This document shows positions 38,648 through 54,926 of a stretch of DNA of 64,000 nt, piece by piece. The stretch comes from Lytechinus pictus (taxonomy: Eukaryota): the NCBI RefSeq assembly GCF_037042905.1, contig NC_087246.1:2110001-2174000 (forward strand), in the 5' to 3' direction. The number at the start of each line of letters is the position of its first letter. Positions within the stretch are counted from its first letter, which is position 1. The position numbers and the translations under genes were made by a program. Below the pieces are notes generated by a model. That model saw nothing but the letters and a program-made list of their open reading frames with translations, was not told the origin of the DNA and ran no database searches.

Positions 38648-40713
38648 TGATGTAGGAAAGGGTTTTGTCCTTTACATGTTAACAGTCATTACAGATAACA
38701 TTTATGTTATGATCACCTCCTTAAATCCAATACAATACTATGAGTCAACATTCATAAACTCAAGACATTTTCATGATTATGTAGTGCATGTAATCGTCTT
38801 CAATACAAACATCATATATCAATACTATATAGGTACGTCGTTCAGATCATCGAATAATTTATCCTTCTCCTTCTTCTCTCTCTCTCTCTCTCTCTGAGTC
38901 AACATTCGGAAACTTCAGATATGTATCAGCAATCCAATCGAACCATATATCAACAATCATGATCCATGCAAACCACATGATATTCAATCGAAATTCCAAG
39001 ACCGTGAGAGTGCAGACGAGGGTCTAAGATTTGGAAATTGTATCTGGAGTTTCACTTCACTTTCTTTGATTTTTTTTTTCTGAATGATTTGAGCAAATTT
39101 AAAAAGTAAGTTGGAAGTTATGTCTAGGCGATGCTATACTTCTTGTAATGTAGGCATATGTTGCACTCTTGTAAATGCGATTCGACCGTACTTCATTTGT
39201 TTATTAGTTTTTCAGCTATTTTCTGTTTATCCTCTTGTCTTTTTTTTTCTTCTGAATATTAACAAAAAAATTGCAAGTGGAAAAGAATGTTTGCAGAGAC
39301 CAAAATAATAACTTATCTTGTACAGGACCCCGGGAACGATTTTTGGGTGGGGCTGCTGATGTAAATTTGAAAAGCAGAAAAAAAAGGTTTTCACAACAAA
39401 ATGAACGTCAAATGGGTCCCGATAAATTTTACACTCTAAAAGTAAATCAGTAAAAAATGACTAGTTTATAGGGTCAGTTGGGTGCAACTGTTATTCTAAA
39501 CGGGGAGCTCTCATAGTATTCAAAGACAATGTCCGCCAGGTACATTGAGGATATGGATAAAATTTACATTAACACTTTTAATGATTTTTTTTTGGCTGAA
39601 AATGCCAAGAGTCGTCTTATGAAGATGACAATGAAGTTGACAATGATGATAGGTAGTTTTTATCTAATTTTTACATTTTCATACATAATTGCGCGATTTT
39701 AGCTGAGTGATCACAATTTTGACAAAAGATGTGTCAGCCATGCACGACGAAAAAAAAAGGCTATTTTCGATTTACACAATACCCAGGTTTTCAAATATTA
39801 TAAGAAAAACAAACTTTCTATAATTACAGTCCTGTCACACATTACTCTTAAGTGTACAATAATGGAATGGCTATGTCCCCTTGAAGAGGCTGATCAGGAT
39901 GTAGATTAATTGGCTATCTACTGGAGTGAAATCGTTCTTGTCTCGGGGGGGGGGGGGTACTAAAAGCATGCATGTATTAGTGGTATGTTTCATGGCGATG
40001 CAATTAACACATGGGATTATGATTCGTTTCCTCGTACATCAGGGGAGGGGAAGAACTTATTAGCTTGCGATGCGACTACAACAATTCATAATGTGGGTGA
40101 AAATCAAACTCCAATGGCATCATGCCACGTTATGCGTACACTTTTCTCGACCACTTTAGATTAAAAATCTGAATTATTCAAGTTTCAAAATTAAGATTAG
40201 TTTCCTTATCAAAGCTACTTAATGTATATCACGATGTGATTTTTCAAACTGTATATCAGATTAACGAATATAAAAATATATTTTTATCCCAGGGGCATCA
40301 GTTGATTCAGTGAAAATAAACATAAATATGACAAAATGCGACTGTTTCTCAATTATATTCGCAATGTGATAAACGTGTTAAATATACAGGCTATGATAGT
40401 CAGTAGACCTTGAATGTAAAAACCATTTACCCAATATTACAAAGGTCCTAATAAAGGAAAGAACAACTGTTTCATACACCAATATTAGCGCGATGGGAAA
40501 CACGATGTAGACATCCAACGGCAAAATCTAAAAAATCGTATTCTTTACCCGGCCTGTTGCTTATGTAAACATAAATAGGGGCGATTGGCATAAGAGAAAC
40601 ATTAGAATTGTAAAGCGAGATGGAATTTCTTTGTTGCTTGACAGTCAAATAATATGCAGAGATCGAAGGGGGCCGTAACAAACTTATGGATGAGCAATAA
40701 TTATGACCGGACA

Positions 40714-40920
40714 TGGTAGAGCGCCCGCCTCATGAACGGGGGGTTGTGGGTTCGATCCCCGGCCGAGTCATACCAAAAAATTTAAAAAGGGGACTTTCTT
40801 TCTTGTCAGGTGCTCGACGTATGAGAATGGAGAAGGATAATAATAACATGTTATGTAGGGCCCGCTGGAAGAACAGCTTACAGCTGAGAGTGGCTACCCT
40901 GGGTAAATAAGAGTAACGAT
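40714..40920 (+). mobile_element. tRNA-derived SINE
   Basis: Box A-like tggtagagcg, box B ggttcgatccc, LINE-like tail agggcccgctggaagaacag...gctaccctgggtaaat. Confidence 0.8.
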
Positions 40921-42435
40921 TATTAGAGTTATTATTTTATTATTATATCGACCACTTCAGAAATTATATTCGAGAACCAGTACCCCATTGAGGTCAATTT
41001 TCGGATGCATTAGAAACCACAGCAGCATCCACTTACCCAAGGAAGAGTATATAGTATTTTTGTATATCGGGTCTATTTTGTACTAAACGTGAAGTCTACA
41101 TGATTCCACAGACAGCGATCAATTATTAACATAAATATTAATTGGGAGAACTTGATACAACAATGAGCTTAATAGATCGCTATTATAGTTCGATATTTTT
41201 TCTTCGATATTTCAAGCCCTTTTGAACCCATACAATAGTACAGCAAGTAACAACTGTATACAATGCTATGTTGTTAATGTGTTTGCCTTGTATTATTCTA
41301 TCATGTCTATTGTTTATAGTTTAAATCTTTACTCTGATCTGTTTTAATAAGTTGTAAATATTGTAATTTTACCTTGATTATGACTTAATTATTTAATAAA
41401 ACATACAATATTAAAAAAAGGTCACCCGAATTCCAATTTTTTGTGCATAAAGATACAGGCGATATTAGACAGAGAGATGTTGCTGACTGAGATTCTGACC
41501 ATTGTATTGTTTTCATTTTTTATCATGTATATTGATTGTACTTTTGTTTATGTTTTTAAATGTGTATATATTTATATATTTTTTGTTGCTTTTTTAGTTC
41601 TTATTCTCTTATCTCAAATCTTTATTTTTATCATGTACAATGTAACTTATATCTGTTCAAATGTTTGTATTTATTATATTGTTCATGATTTATAATTTAT
41701 TGTTTTATGTTTTTCAACTTTTATGTACGGACTTGCTGAAAAACAGCCTTGCGGCTGAAAGCAGGTTTTTTATCCCGTATTAAAATAAATAAAACATACA
41801 AATAAAACATACATACATGAACCCGGAATCATTACGGCATGGACTCACAATCATATTTCAAACGAAATGAAAGTACTTTAAGCAGATATAGTTTCTGAAA
41901 CCGTTCCCCCCCCCCCCCCCGACAATGCCATTAACGATCAAAAGAAGGAAGCAATGTAACTAATACTAATTTTATTTCCAAGTAAAATTCTAATTCTACT
42001 CTATATGTTCATACTTACACTGAAAAACAACAGCAAAAAAAGTCCATCAGCTGTCTATATACAGATTATGATATCCTCATATGCCTGCCTTGTGTATTCG
42101 TCTCTGTAGTGTTATTTCATTTTACTATTCATGACATCCATGCCTTCGAAATCTTTTTTTATTTCATGATAATATTCTAATTTCGCCAAGGAGTTCCACC
42201 ATATATAGAGGTAGATAAAATAAGCTGAGTTCCACTCATCGGAGAAATTAAATTGTCTACAACGATTGGGAACAAGTACTACAAAATCAATTTAGCAAGA
42301 CGGGCAGAAAATTGTCTTTTAACTCAATCTTAGAAACTTCCAATTATCACGACTTGAAGACTTGTTAATTACAAAGTGCAGAGAATTCTTACAAGTATAA
42401 TCATTTCGTCTATACGGAATGGGGGGGGGGGGTGT

Positions 42436-42650
42436 CACTCTTAAAACAAATCAGTCAAATTGACTAGAACAGTAGTCAGCTGGGTGCATCTGATATAATC
42501 ACTGATAATCACATTTCTGACATATATTCTTTTCAGATATAACTCTGTTCTAATCAAATACGACTAGAAAATATACAAATATGTCTAGAATAACAGTTGC
42601 ACCCAGCTGACCCTATTAACTAGTCATTTTTTACTTATTTGTTTTAGAGT
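42436..42650. mobile_element. CACT-ended (CMC-like) MITE; solitary inverted arm at 39432-39498
   Basis: cactcttaaaacaaatcagt ... acttatttgttttagagt; 39432-39498 matches the reverse complement of 42585-42650. Confidence 0.65.
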
Positions 42651-43705
42651 TTTAGACGTTGTCGTCGCTAAGAAAAAAATAACATAAAATTAATAATGTT
42701 TAAAATCAATAATGAATATCTGATTCATTGAAAGTACTCTGCAATTAGAGTTAACCATAGCATATAGGCCTATTTCCCAGTTCACTTTTCGTTTTTTTAA
42801 CAGCGGAGAGCGTTTATACTCAAGTCTAGTTTCGAGTGCGTGGCATAAACAAAGACAGTCGTCGCGATCACAGGATATAATGTAATAAATCACATAAACG
42901 TTCTCTTCAATATGTATACATATTTCATATCGTATTGTTTATCATGGAAGAACGCCATGAGGAAGAAAGAGACGAGTTTGTTATTGACCCAACCTACCAC
43001 AGTCTCTGTTTTTGGTGCTTACATGCAGAATCATAAAAATGGCAGTATATAGATTTATCAAATTAATATTTAAATACAATCAAAGGTTATGATGTGGAGC
43101 AAAAGTATATGATTCTTTTTATCATTATTGAGCTAATTCACCACCTGATGTTTTAAGTCAGTAATTGCAAATATGGTTGAAAGACAAGATCTAAATTGAT
43201 TAAAAAAAAATATATATTATAATATTGTTTTCTCTAGGAATGAAAGCAAACATTTGTTAAATAATCATTCAAGAAAATGTTGAAAATAATGAATGGTAAA
43301 CTTAAACAGGGCGACTGTTGGAGCATTTCATAATAGTGATTTTACTGAATTTATTTCAGCTGCCGGAATATGTGCATCAGATTAGCTCAGAGCAAATTTG
43401 TCAGCGTCGAGAATAACTAATATAATTAATTACAATGATGATAATGACGATATATATCACTTAACATCAGCAATAACGTTTAAATGAAAACGATCATTTT
43501 AGTTCTATGTAATTCTGAGAACAAAATTACCAGCCACATGCAGTGGAGTTTGCTCAGAATCATCAATATTGCTATAACTGGAAATATGAACATTGTTCAA
43601 TAGATTAGTTACACGAATTAAAGTAAAACTAATTTACATGTAAGTGGTTTTCCTTATACCACAGAATACATTCAATCTGAATTTAGATTGATCCTATTTA
43701 TTCCA

Positions 43706-45372
<1,667 letters not shown>

Positions 45373-45885
45373 AATAATACTAATAATACTAATGATAATT
45401 ACGAATTAATACTAGTAAGGAATTAATCATTATTACTATTATTATTAGTATTATTAGACATTAAATTTGAATTTAGATTGATCGTTTTGATTCCATTCCT
45501 GAATTACATTTGTAAGAGGCACAAAGGGTGTACATTAAAGTTAACACACATTACTATGGGAACAAACGTAGAAAGAAATACAATAATGTTCATCAAATTA
45601 TCTGCTTGAACCGTTTGATTAACCTGCCTACTGGACCGGTTATATTATATAACTGTTCACCACAAAGGTTAGGTTTTTACCGCCTTATCAAGATCGTCTG
45701 CCAAATTAGCTTCACATTTTGAAAAATTGCCACCTTTATACTGTAAATAAAATCGTTATCTGATAACACGTATCAAAACCCCTATACAAACGGCCTCCAT
45801 CATAGATGGACGATTGAGTAATGAATAAAGAAAAAAATAGAATGCAGAATCTTATTGAAAATCATGTATCCACTTTAATTGGCAC

Positions 45886-46044
45886 CATGTAGCGTACGCA
45901 GTATTTTTTCCAAGGGGGGGGGGGGGGATTCAAGCTGACAACTAAAAAAAAGGTCTTTAAAATTTATGGGGGATTTGGGGTATCAAAAAACTTATAAGGG
46001 GGGGGGGGTGAACCCCTGTAACCACACCCCTGCGTACGCCACTG
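45886..46044. mobile_element. hAT-like MITE, 8-bp TSD
   Basis: ATTGGCAC|catgtagcgtacgcag ... ctgcgtacgccactg|ATTGGTAC. Confidence 0.8.
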
Positions 46045-46360
46045 ATTGGTACCTCCTTTCCCCTGTTCATCCCTTTTCTCGTGCCGTGACGGGAGCAATG
46101 CAGTGGACATTCATCCTTTTCCATCTAGCAGCTAATTCATGAAACTATTTGAGGCATGTGCATACCAATAAGTGAAATGGGCGCGCAGACATTTTAGATT
46201 CAACCTGAAGCCTGAAGGCATATAATAGGCCAAAATATAATGAGCGATGGTTATATTTAGTCGAATTTCAATCTGAGTCTGAAATAGCCTTTGCTGTTAC
46301 AATGAATGTAAATTATAAAGTGATGGCCAATGTGCCTTGACACACATAAATGTAGTAATA

Positions 46361-47846
46361 CGGTGGCGTACCGTGGGTCACGGCATTGGGGGGGCACCAG
46401 CAAAAATTTCAAGTCACTTAGGGAGCGTGCGAAGCGCGCTCAGTTGTCAGGTATACTGACCTAATAGAGATATTTGAAAGACATGCTGTGCCATTAAACG
46501 GATATGTATCTCACTGATTAAATAGTGCGAGCGCGAAGCGCGAGCCGAAAATTTTTGATATTCAGAGCTAAAAAGGGACATTTTTTTAAATCAAATTTTT
46601 TGTAATCATGATAATAACTGTCTCGCTTAACAAACAATGCGAGCGCGAAGCGCAAGCTAAATTTTTTTGTATATATTGACCCTAAACAGGGAAATTTTAA
46701 GGACTATATTTTAGAATCCATTAAGAGTATAAATATCACACCATAGTCATCTAATGCTAGTGCCATCATTTGCTGATTTTGTTAGAATTACATCTAAACA
46801 CAGTCATGAAGCACCTTTTGTAGTCATTGTAATCATGATTATCATACGCATCTTACTAATGAAATACTGCAAGCGCGAAGCTCTAGCTGAAAATTTAGGA
46901 AATTCAGACCTGAAGAGAGGCATTCTAAGGCTTGTTTGTAGGAATTCCCTAAGGCCGTACGTATTTCACTAACCAAATGACGCGAGCGCGAAGCGCAAGC
47001 TGAATTTTTTGTATATATTGACCCCAAACATAGATATTTTAAGGACTATGTTTTTAGGAATCCACTAAGAGTATACATATCTCACCATAGTCATCTAATG
47101 CGAGTGCCAAGCGCTTGCTGATTTTGTTAGAATTACATTTAAACACATGAAGCACTTGTTGAAGTAATTGTAATCATGATTATCATACGCATCTCACTAA
47201 TCAAATACTGCGAGCGCGAAGCGCGAGCTAAAAATTTAGGAAATTCAGACCTGAAGAGGGGCATTTTAAGGCTTGTTTGTAGGAATTCACTAAGACCCTA
47301 CGTATTTCACTAACCAAATGACTTTGATATTCAGATCAGAAAAATTGACATTTTAAGGACTGATTTTAGGAGTTCATGAAGAGCACAAATCTCACCAATC
47401 CACTAATGCGAACGTTAGCATGGACAGGAAATGTTTTATATTAAGACCTTAAAATAGGGCAATCACTTTAAGTAGTCATGAAAAAGAAGAATATGTCACT
47501 ACATAAAACAATAATAACTCGAATTGCGAGGAAATATATTTGTTGTATATTGATTTGAAAACGGGAGGTTTTAGTACAACAGGATTATATATCTCGTTAA
47601 ACAGTGTATGCGAGCACCATGAACAATGAAGACACAATGAAGCAAATAATGTTTCATAAAGTTATGAAAAATATATATTACACTATAATGAACAATAATT
47701 TTTCTTTCCTCACTAAGTTTCTCTTCCTTTTCCCCTCTTTTTCTCCTTTTCCCCCGTTTATTTATTTTTTTTTGGCCAGCCGATTGGGGGGGGGGGGGGG
47801 CACGTGCCCCCCCCATGCCCCCCCCCCCCCCGTAGTTACGCCACTG
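46361..47846. mobile_element. 1.5-kb hAT-like non-autonomous element with an internal duplication of about 345 bp
   Basis: cggtggcgta ... tacgccactg ends; about 46637-46980 repeated at about 46981-47320. Confidence 0.85.
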
Positions 47847-49012
47847 GTGATGAAGAACCGACATTTATCGTGATTTGTTGCTATAATTGTTCGATGAACT
47901 TCGCGGTGAAGTTTTATCTTTAAATCATAGCCATGATTGGATTACATGATTATGTTCTAAAAAAGTTATATTGGATCGACAGGCGAGGGAGACTTCACTT
48001 GTCGTCTACCCATTACGTGATACATTTATTAAGTCTCATTTTCGTATGTCTGCTGTTTCCTCGTCTGCACTTTTTGTATGACCCAAACAAAGGGGATACT
48101 CCAGGATGAAAGTGATAGGACTTGAACAGATAGAGTAAAATCGGACAATCCACAATTCGGACATAACGAAGTCATCACATTTAGGGTTTTGCACTTACGG
48201 TGAAACGGTTTCTACGGTATATGTCTTCATAAATATGCAATGGGCAGCTGATGATATCAGGTCTTCAAAAGCATCACAAATCATTCCCCGCTCCGACAAA
48301 GATGTCAGGACCACCCCCATTTGCTTCACGTCATGCAGTGAATTTAAAGGATATTTTAATCATTTTATAATCAAAGTTATATTCAAAAGGCATAGGAATA
48401 ATTACAATTCATAATAAGACTTACTATAACCCTTCTCTCCTGATAAAATGGACGATAACCTTTACAATAAAGCCAAACGGAGGGAATTGTCATGTCCAAA
48501 TTCTGGTAAGATTGAGAGCAGTTACCGCGCGAGAACATTTGGGTTTCTAGAATGCGAAATTTAAGCACTTTCACGACATTGAATGGAATCCATTAGCAGT
48601 AGTATTAATCATCAGATTAGTAAAAAAATGATGTATGGTTTTTCTCTCGAAAATTGGTGGGGTGGAGGGAGGGGGCAGGCCCCACTTTAAAAAGTGGTGA
48701 AGATTCAAACCACGCAGTAAAAAACAACAGCATTAGAAGACAATAGTCCGTGTGTACATTGATGAAAATGAAAATATGCAATAGCATCCAAACATCAAGA
48801 ATCAAAGAAACCTCGATATATATTGAAGGGGCCAGGCATGGCTTTATGAGGAAAATTCTAAGACCTGTGAGCGAGCGACAACAAACTTTGACCTTGTTAA
48901 CAGATAAATCTCTGGTAGATTTTGACATCATATTTCACCATTCTCCCCTTTCCCTCTTTGTTTTCTTTTCTCTTTTTTATTCGGTCGTTACTGCACCAAG
49001 CCCTAATCGGTA

Positions 49013-49240
49013 TACATTATAAATAATTTAATCAACGCTGTTTACTATGTGAATCGTGCAGTAGTTGTTGAAACAGTTTAAACAAGTGTTTAAAATCTTA
49101 AACAACCATGCTTGAATTATTGATATTTGAATCTACACTTTGTTGCTTAAGATATTAAACACTTGTTTAAAATGTTTAAACAACTTCTGTGCGATTCACA
49201 GAGTAAACAGTGTTGTTTAAATTACTTTTAACAGTATACA
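49013..49240. mobile_element. Palindromic MITE
   Basis: Long imperfect arms ctgtttactatgtgaatcg... / ...cgattcacagagtaaacag. Confidence 0.7.
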
Positions 49241-49580
49241 CCAATGTGCTTATTTCATTATTCTACAAAGCAATTTGTGGAAATTGTGAAGTACGGGATT
49301 AATTGACCTGTCACATTATAGGTACTTCAATGACTGCGTTGGTTTTGCAGGTATCGTGATATGAAATGGGTTTTAAATAAGGTCATATAAATAGCATACT
49401 GTGAATAGAGTGAATAATCTAAAAAAGCTCCTAGAATTAGTAGGATTTGCGTCCTTGAGAATGAATTATTTTTTTACATTAATGCATTCGTAAACATATA
49501 TTTTTGAGAGGATTGTTTGAGAATATTAATTTGATACAACACGGTGACTGTTGGGAGGGGGAAGGATTTTCATCATTCGT

Positions 49581-49852
49581 GGACCGTCGTGGCCCAGTGG
49601 ATTAGTCTTCGGACATTAAGAGGGTCGTGGGTTCACATCCCAGTCATGGCGTAGTCAGCAAGGAATTCATCCAGTGTGTGCTGCACTCTACCCGGGTGAG
49701 GTAAATGGGTACCGGCAGGAAGTAATTCCTCAAAAAGCTGTGTGCACCTGAATCGGTAACCGAGCTTTATAGCCGGGGTAATAATAATAGCAGGGCCCGC
49801 TGGGAGAACAGTTTTCGGAACTGAAGTGACTTCCCTGGGTAATTATTATTAT
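49581..49852 (+). mobile_element. tRNA-derived SINE with core cccgggtgaggtaaatgggtacc
   Basis: Box A gtggcccagtgg, box B ggttcacatccc, same LINE-like tail as 40714-40920, (ATT)n end. Confidence 0.85.
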
Positions 49853-52304
49853 CATGTCCTATACTAATCCCCCTTTGTTTTAACGTGATATATATCATGA
49901 AAAAAAAACCCTGAAACGTACACCCTTTTTATACTGGCTAAGTGGCTATATAATAATGCAGAGATTGCTTTCAAATGGGCATACCAAAATAGATGGCAGG
50001 ATATAGGCCTATAGAAAACCATACCTAGTTATTAAATTGAAAACAGCACTCGGGATATACTAAAGAATTATCTGTTGTTGTCTTTTTCTCTTTTATTTTC
50101 TCAAGCAGGGGCTATTTCAATAACATTTCAAACATGTCAATTGTTAAATCACCGATCTTCATGGTGGTCCAATATCTATTGATATCAGTCAGAATATAAC
50201 AGTTGCATATGGAAACAACACAGGGTCATGTATATCCCCGCACAAGTCCGAATACTACCAGGATACATTCTGAATCTCATTTATCATGTTTATAGAAAGT
50301 ACTTTTTTTTAGACCGACATAATGTTTTGTCAGAACGAACGCGCAATGATCCATGATTATCGTCACAAGCATGACAAAAGGGTACGTGCTTATTTTTCAC
50401 AATTTTTTTTAATGCAAAATTATGTTCATGATCAGGGCAGATTAGCATGATAAGCGCGAGCAATGAGACGTTAAAAAAACTTAGAAATCTCAAATCATCA
50501 TCATATTGCATTTTAAGATTCACCCCCTGAGCCTAACTGAGATTTCCATCATTATTATTTTCCCAATGCATGCTGATTGTCCCTCCAGTGCACTGCAAAA
50601 TCTATTATCGCAGCCTGAATTCAATGATAATGCCTATCAATTCCACCATAATTTGGTATTTCATATTCTAGCTTTCTATCTAGAATTTCATTTACATTGT
50701 TTTTGTGCATCATTTCTTTTCTAATTTCCATTTAGGAAGGAGAGAAAAATGTACATCCAAAACAAAATTGATGCATGGTTACATGATGATTTTGACATAT
50801 TTTTTCTGAACATTTGACCTCTAAATCACTTCTGCTACAAAATAATAATTAAAAAATGATTATGTCCGGGCTTATTTGAATTCGATTGGCTAAGACGTTA
50901 ATGTGTGACATCCCTCGTCCATAGCTGGATGAAGCTAGCCACAAATAGGTTAAATCAATGAGATGATCGGATGTCGCTGTGTTGTTCTTTGTCGAACTCC
51001 TCGCTTCATCTTTCACCGAGTGACCTACTTTAGCAACCAGCTTCCATCATGTCTATTGCAGGCAGTTGGTGACCCCGTTGGTCATGCAAATATTGAAAAT
51101 CATCCTCACCTCTCCCTTCTATCTTTTTACTCGCATCATTTTCAAGCAAACCAACCCACACGTGTCTCCTTTGCCGCTTTAAATACAATTTTGTGAAATC
51201 TACAGAGCTGGACAAAGGTTGAATTTGTGGATAAGATCCCTATACTGACTCTACTGTGGTATATTGAGTTCTATGTAACAATGACAAACAATCAATAGTT
51301 ACTTATCTCACTACCACTTCTCGTCATAATCATGCACAAAAATGCATTCGGTCTGACCCCAATTCTAATGCAGTTCCGTATTAAAGTCTCAAATAGTCTA
51401 AATGTTTATTATTATCCCGTAATACCAACAAAGTCGAAATTATGCCTAAACGTTTGTGTACCTCAATTAACTTTGTCATTTTGACTGAAATAGACTCACT
51501 GTAACCATGTACCTCAATTAACTTTGTCATTTTGTCTTTGTCATTTTGACTGAAGGCCGATTAAACCAAGTGCGATTATGAAATCATGAATAATTCTGAT
51601 TCGACCACAAAGCTATGAAATAGAACGATTATACCAATTTATTAATTTTGACAGGAATTTATATTCGTATCCAGATGAGAGTACAGATTAGTAATAATCA
51701 TTTTTCTGTTTTTTCAAACTTTATGAAATAAAATGTTAATGTCAGGTGAATGGAGTTAATAAAAGAAATTGCCTTTTAACGGTCTTACGAAAAAACAACA
51801 ACAAAATAATCAGGGAAATAGCATGTAGATGACAAAAGAACAAGGAAGAGAGAGTCAAATGAATGCTTTAACGTCACTCTCGTATGCCTACATGCATTAT
51901 AAACTAGCATGCAAGTTACGTTCTGTGTGCAGTGTATGTCGTTATTAAAACGAGAAGAAATTCGATGTGATTTTTCTGGTTTCCTTGTGTAGTAGTGGAA
52001 AAGTGGTTGACATTCGTAATATTCCCAAATGATTCAAAACATTGCTCTTAGCATTAATCTCTTTATACTTTTATTCCATTCATTGTTATTCCATTTATCC
52101 ATATTCCATCCCAAACCAACTTTCCTCCTCTCTATATCGTCTTGAGCACATAATTCATGAGAAATTGGTGTTTGAAAAATAGGCGTACTGTCATTCTCAT
52201 GATTATTATCATTATCGCACGACAGTCAGAGAGAGAGAGCAAAAAATATTATCGACTTTTGTCAGTATAATTATGTAATGATGTATATTCTTGATATACA
52301 ACTA

Positions 52305-52530
52305 TATAAATTACAGGGATTCAAAATAAATGCAGATGGACAGCTGTTATGGACCAATCGAATTCTGGATTTAGTTTGAATCCTACAAATTCATTTTCAA
52401 ATCTTAAAGGATTCAATTTCGAATTCCTCCAGATTGTAAACTAAACGTTAGGATTCAAACTAAATCAAGAATTTAATTGGTCCCTAATTACAGTCCATCT
52501 GCATTTATTTTTAATACCGGCAATATACAG
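52305..52530. mobile_element. Palindromic MITE
   Basis: aaaataaatgcagatggac...tttagtttgaatcc / ggattcaaactaaa...gtccatctgcatttatttt. Confidence 0.7.
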
Positions 52531-52672
52531 GCTTTATCATTAAATCTGATCATTATGAAATCCTAATATTTCCTGAGTAAGACTAAGAACAGTCATAAGG
52601 TCACACAGGGGTGGCGCCTACGTTGGGGGATACAACCTTTGTCTAGGGAGCTCGTAGGTACCTTACACTTAC

Positions 52673-52842
52673 CTGATTGTTGAAGGATGGCACAATGCAG
52701 GCGTGGATGATACATCTTCTTGCCATGTCAAATGACCATGATCAGGAGACGTTGTCCAGAGTACCAACCAAACGGTAGTTACTATGACCAGAGTTGAAAA
52801 GAACATCAGTCTGGTCTTCTTTGATTTTGGTGGTTCTTTCAT
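52673..52842 (-). CDS. Galactose-3-O-sulfotransferase family, first coding exon (cytosolic tail, type II TM helix, stem)
   Basis: ATG at 52842 (MKEPPKSKKTRLMFFSTLVIVTTVWLVLW) with an in-frame stop upstream; donor AG|GTAAGT at 52672. The phase-2 junction matches exon 28380, giving 1263 nt = 420 aa + stop. Acceptor ttacag| at 52974. Confidence 0.85.
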
Positions 52843-54197
52843 GGTTAATGGGTCATCTGTAACCTGGTGATGGAACCCACCGGAAAGACTTGCATCCAAA
52901 GCAAGGATGGACGGATTCTTCCTGCTTCCCACTATGAGACCGTCAGATATATTTCATTCCAAGTTTCAATCAACTGTAATTAACAAAAGTGTAGGAAAAT
53001 AAAACAATTAACAGAGTCCCATTCGAAATATTCATATCCATCTATACAGCCCATGCACAAGGTTAAAACTATATAAATCCAATCCTTTTTTTTTTTTTTA
53101 CAGCAATGTCACTAAACACCGTACAACACCAAACAAGCCAAACATTTTCATGCATCTATTTTAGTGATTCAGATGACTTGCTTCCTAGAGGAAATAATCA
53201 ACGATTATTTGTTAAATCCCGGTTTAACAGTATTGCTAAACAATGTTTGCTTCTTCCTGCTTTGATTAAAAAAGGTCTAGGACAAATCTTTAATCATATC
53301 ATTCTAGGAGAAATGACACACATATCTTATATCATACTTATTATTTAAGTATTATAAACATGTCTTCAAATGCATGAATTTTAGTAATACATGTATAAAA
53401 ATATCAAATTACTATTTTTCTTGGCGAGGGGCATAACACTGATAACCATCAGCAACATTTACAATTTATACGTTCAGAATATTATGTTTAATAGTATTTT
53501 TATGCCAAGTTTGATGATTTTATAGTATTTCAAATGTTTTAAAAACACAATATATTTGCATTGCATGTCATAATGTTTCCCAAGTTGTCAAGATTTTATT
53601 AGGGCGAAGCTTTTGTCTTTAGTTTTCATTTTTGCTTACTTCAATTTGACTTTTATTCATTTTGCATTATTTCCATGTTTTGTTGATATTTTCGTTGTTC
53701 TTACTTTTGTAAACTCATTTTCATGTTTGCATTATTTGGCATTGTTCACGCGGCCTTGCTAAAAAGCAGCTTTAAGTGATAGGTTGTTTAAAAGTGATTA
53801 AATAGATAAACTACAAATGCAAAAATGTTTACCCCATATTTTCATTGAGGGCGATCGCTCCCCCCTCCCCTGGATATGCATTAGGCTTGTTGAATGAACC
53901 TATAAAATGGGCATACTATTGTCCCTGCCAATGTGATATTCCGTCCATCATTCCATGTTTCTGTAGTATGTATGATCTAACCAGATTCGCCACTAATAAA
54001 CTGGGACAGAGTAAAAATAGTGAAATTTTACAAATAGTTAATCTCGAAATGCTAATAAAAAATAAATCATTGGATGCAGTTGTCAATTAAATTAAATCGG
54101 AGTTGTTGTTCCATTTGATTACTTTCATCTTCAAAAAAGTTTAAGAATTTACTTTGCTGGTCCCCAAGTATTGGCATAACTTGTTACAGGTTTATTT

Positions 54198-54347
54198 CAG
54201 GGGCCGCGGAACGGTTTTCAAAGTGGGGGGGGGGGGGGGGACTGATAATGCTAAAAAATCACAATCATATGGTCATTTTTACGTTTTTGTACATGGTTTT
54301 GGAAAAAAGTGGGGGCTGAAGCCCCCCAGCCCCCCCCCCGCCACCTG
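54198..54347. mobile_element. Small hAT-like MITE (20814-20972 family)
   Basis: Reverse-complement similarity to 20814-20972. Confidence 0.75.
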
Positions 54348-54926
54348 TATTTTTGAAATACTCTCTTAAAACCCACCACAGAAATCCCGAAAGGAGGAAT
54401 TGTTCCTTTGTCATTTAAAAACTACCCAACATAATCATTGTTAGTTATAGCTTGAGCCTTTTGAAATTGAAATTGAAATTGATGTTCTCAAGAATAAATA
54501 ATTAGGCGGTGGATCGCACTGAATAGATATGGACTTTCGATTCTGTCTTCGATCAAAGAAAGAATCACCATGATCAGGTCCAGAGGTCTCACCAACAATG
54601 TCCTGATAGGTCCATGATATAAATAAATAAATAAATAAATATATATATACTTCGTTTGGATGTATCAATTTTCACATCAATCACATGTATATAATATATA
54701 ATTATAAGAGACAAAAAAGTAATGCATTGCAGTTCCAACAAAGTTTATTTTCAAGTATTCTCCCAATTTTAGACGCAGATCTCACGTCTTCGTCAGGGAT
54801 ACAAAGCTCACAGAATATATATATATATGTACATATACATATAATATATATATATATTATACAGGCCTATATACATATATATAAATGCTTGCTCCTCAGG
54901 TTCCATGAAGGTATGATTCAACGTAC

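Noticed and set aside
40714..40770. tRNA gene
   Set aside because: Pol III boxes are present but there is no complete cloverleaf, and the sequence runs into a SINE body and tail. The same applies to 49581.
50963..51215. Additional sulfotransferase exon
   Set aside because: No family similarity, and the two identified coding exons already join in frame into a complete 420-aa protein.
51455..51555. Short local duplications (also 55975-56045)
   Set aside because: Ordinary slippage-type duplications with no further structure.
52843..52932. GTG-initiated N-terminal extension shown in the ORF track
   Set aside because: Eukaryotic gene; the first in-frame ATG at 52842 gives a typical short cytosolic tail before the TM helix.
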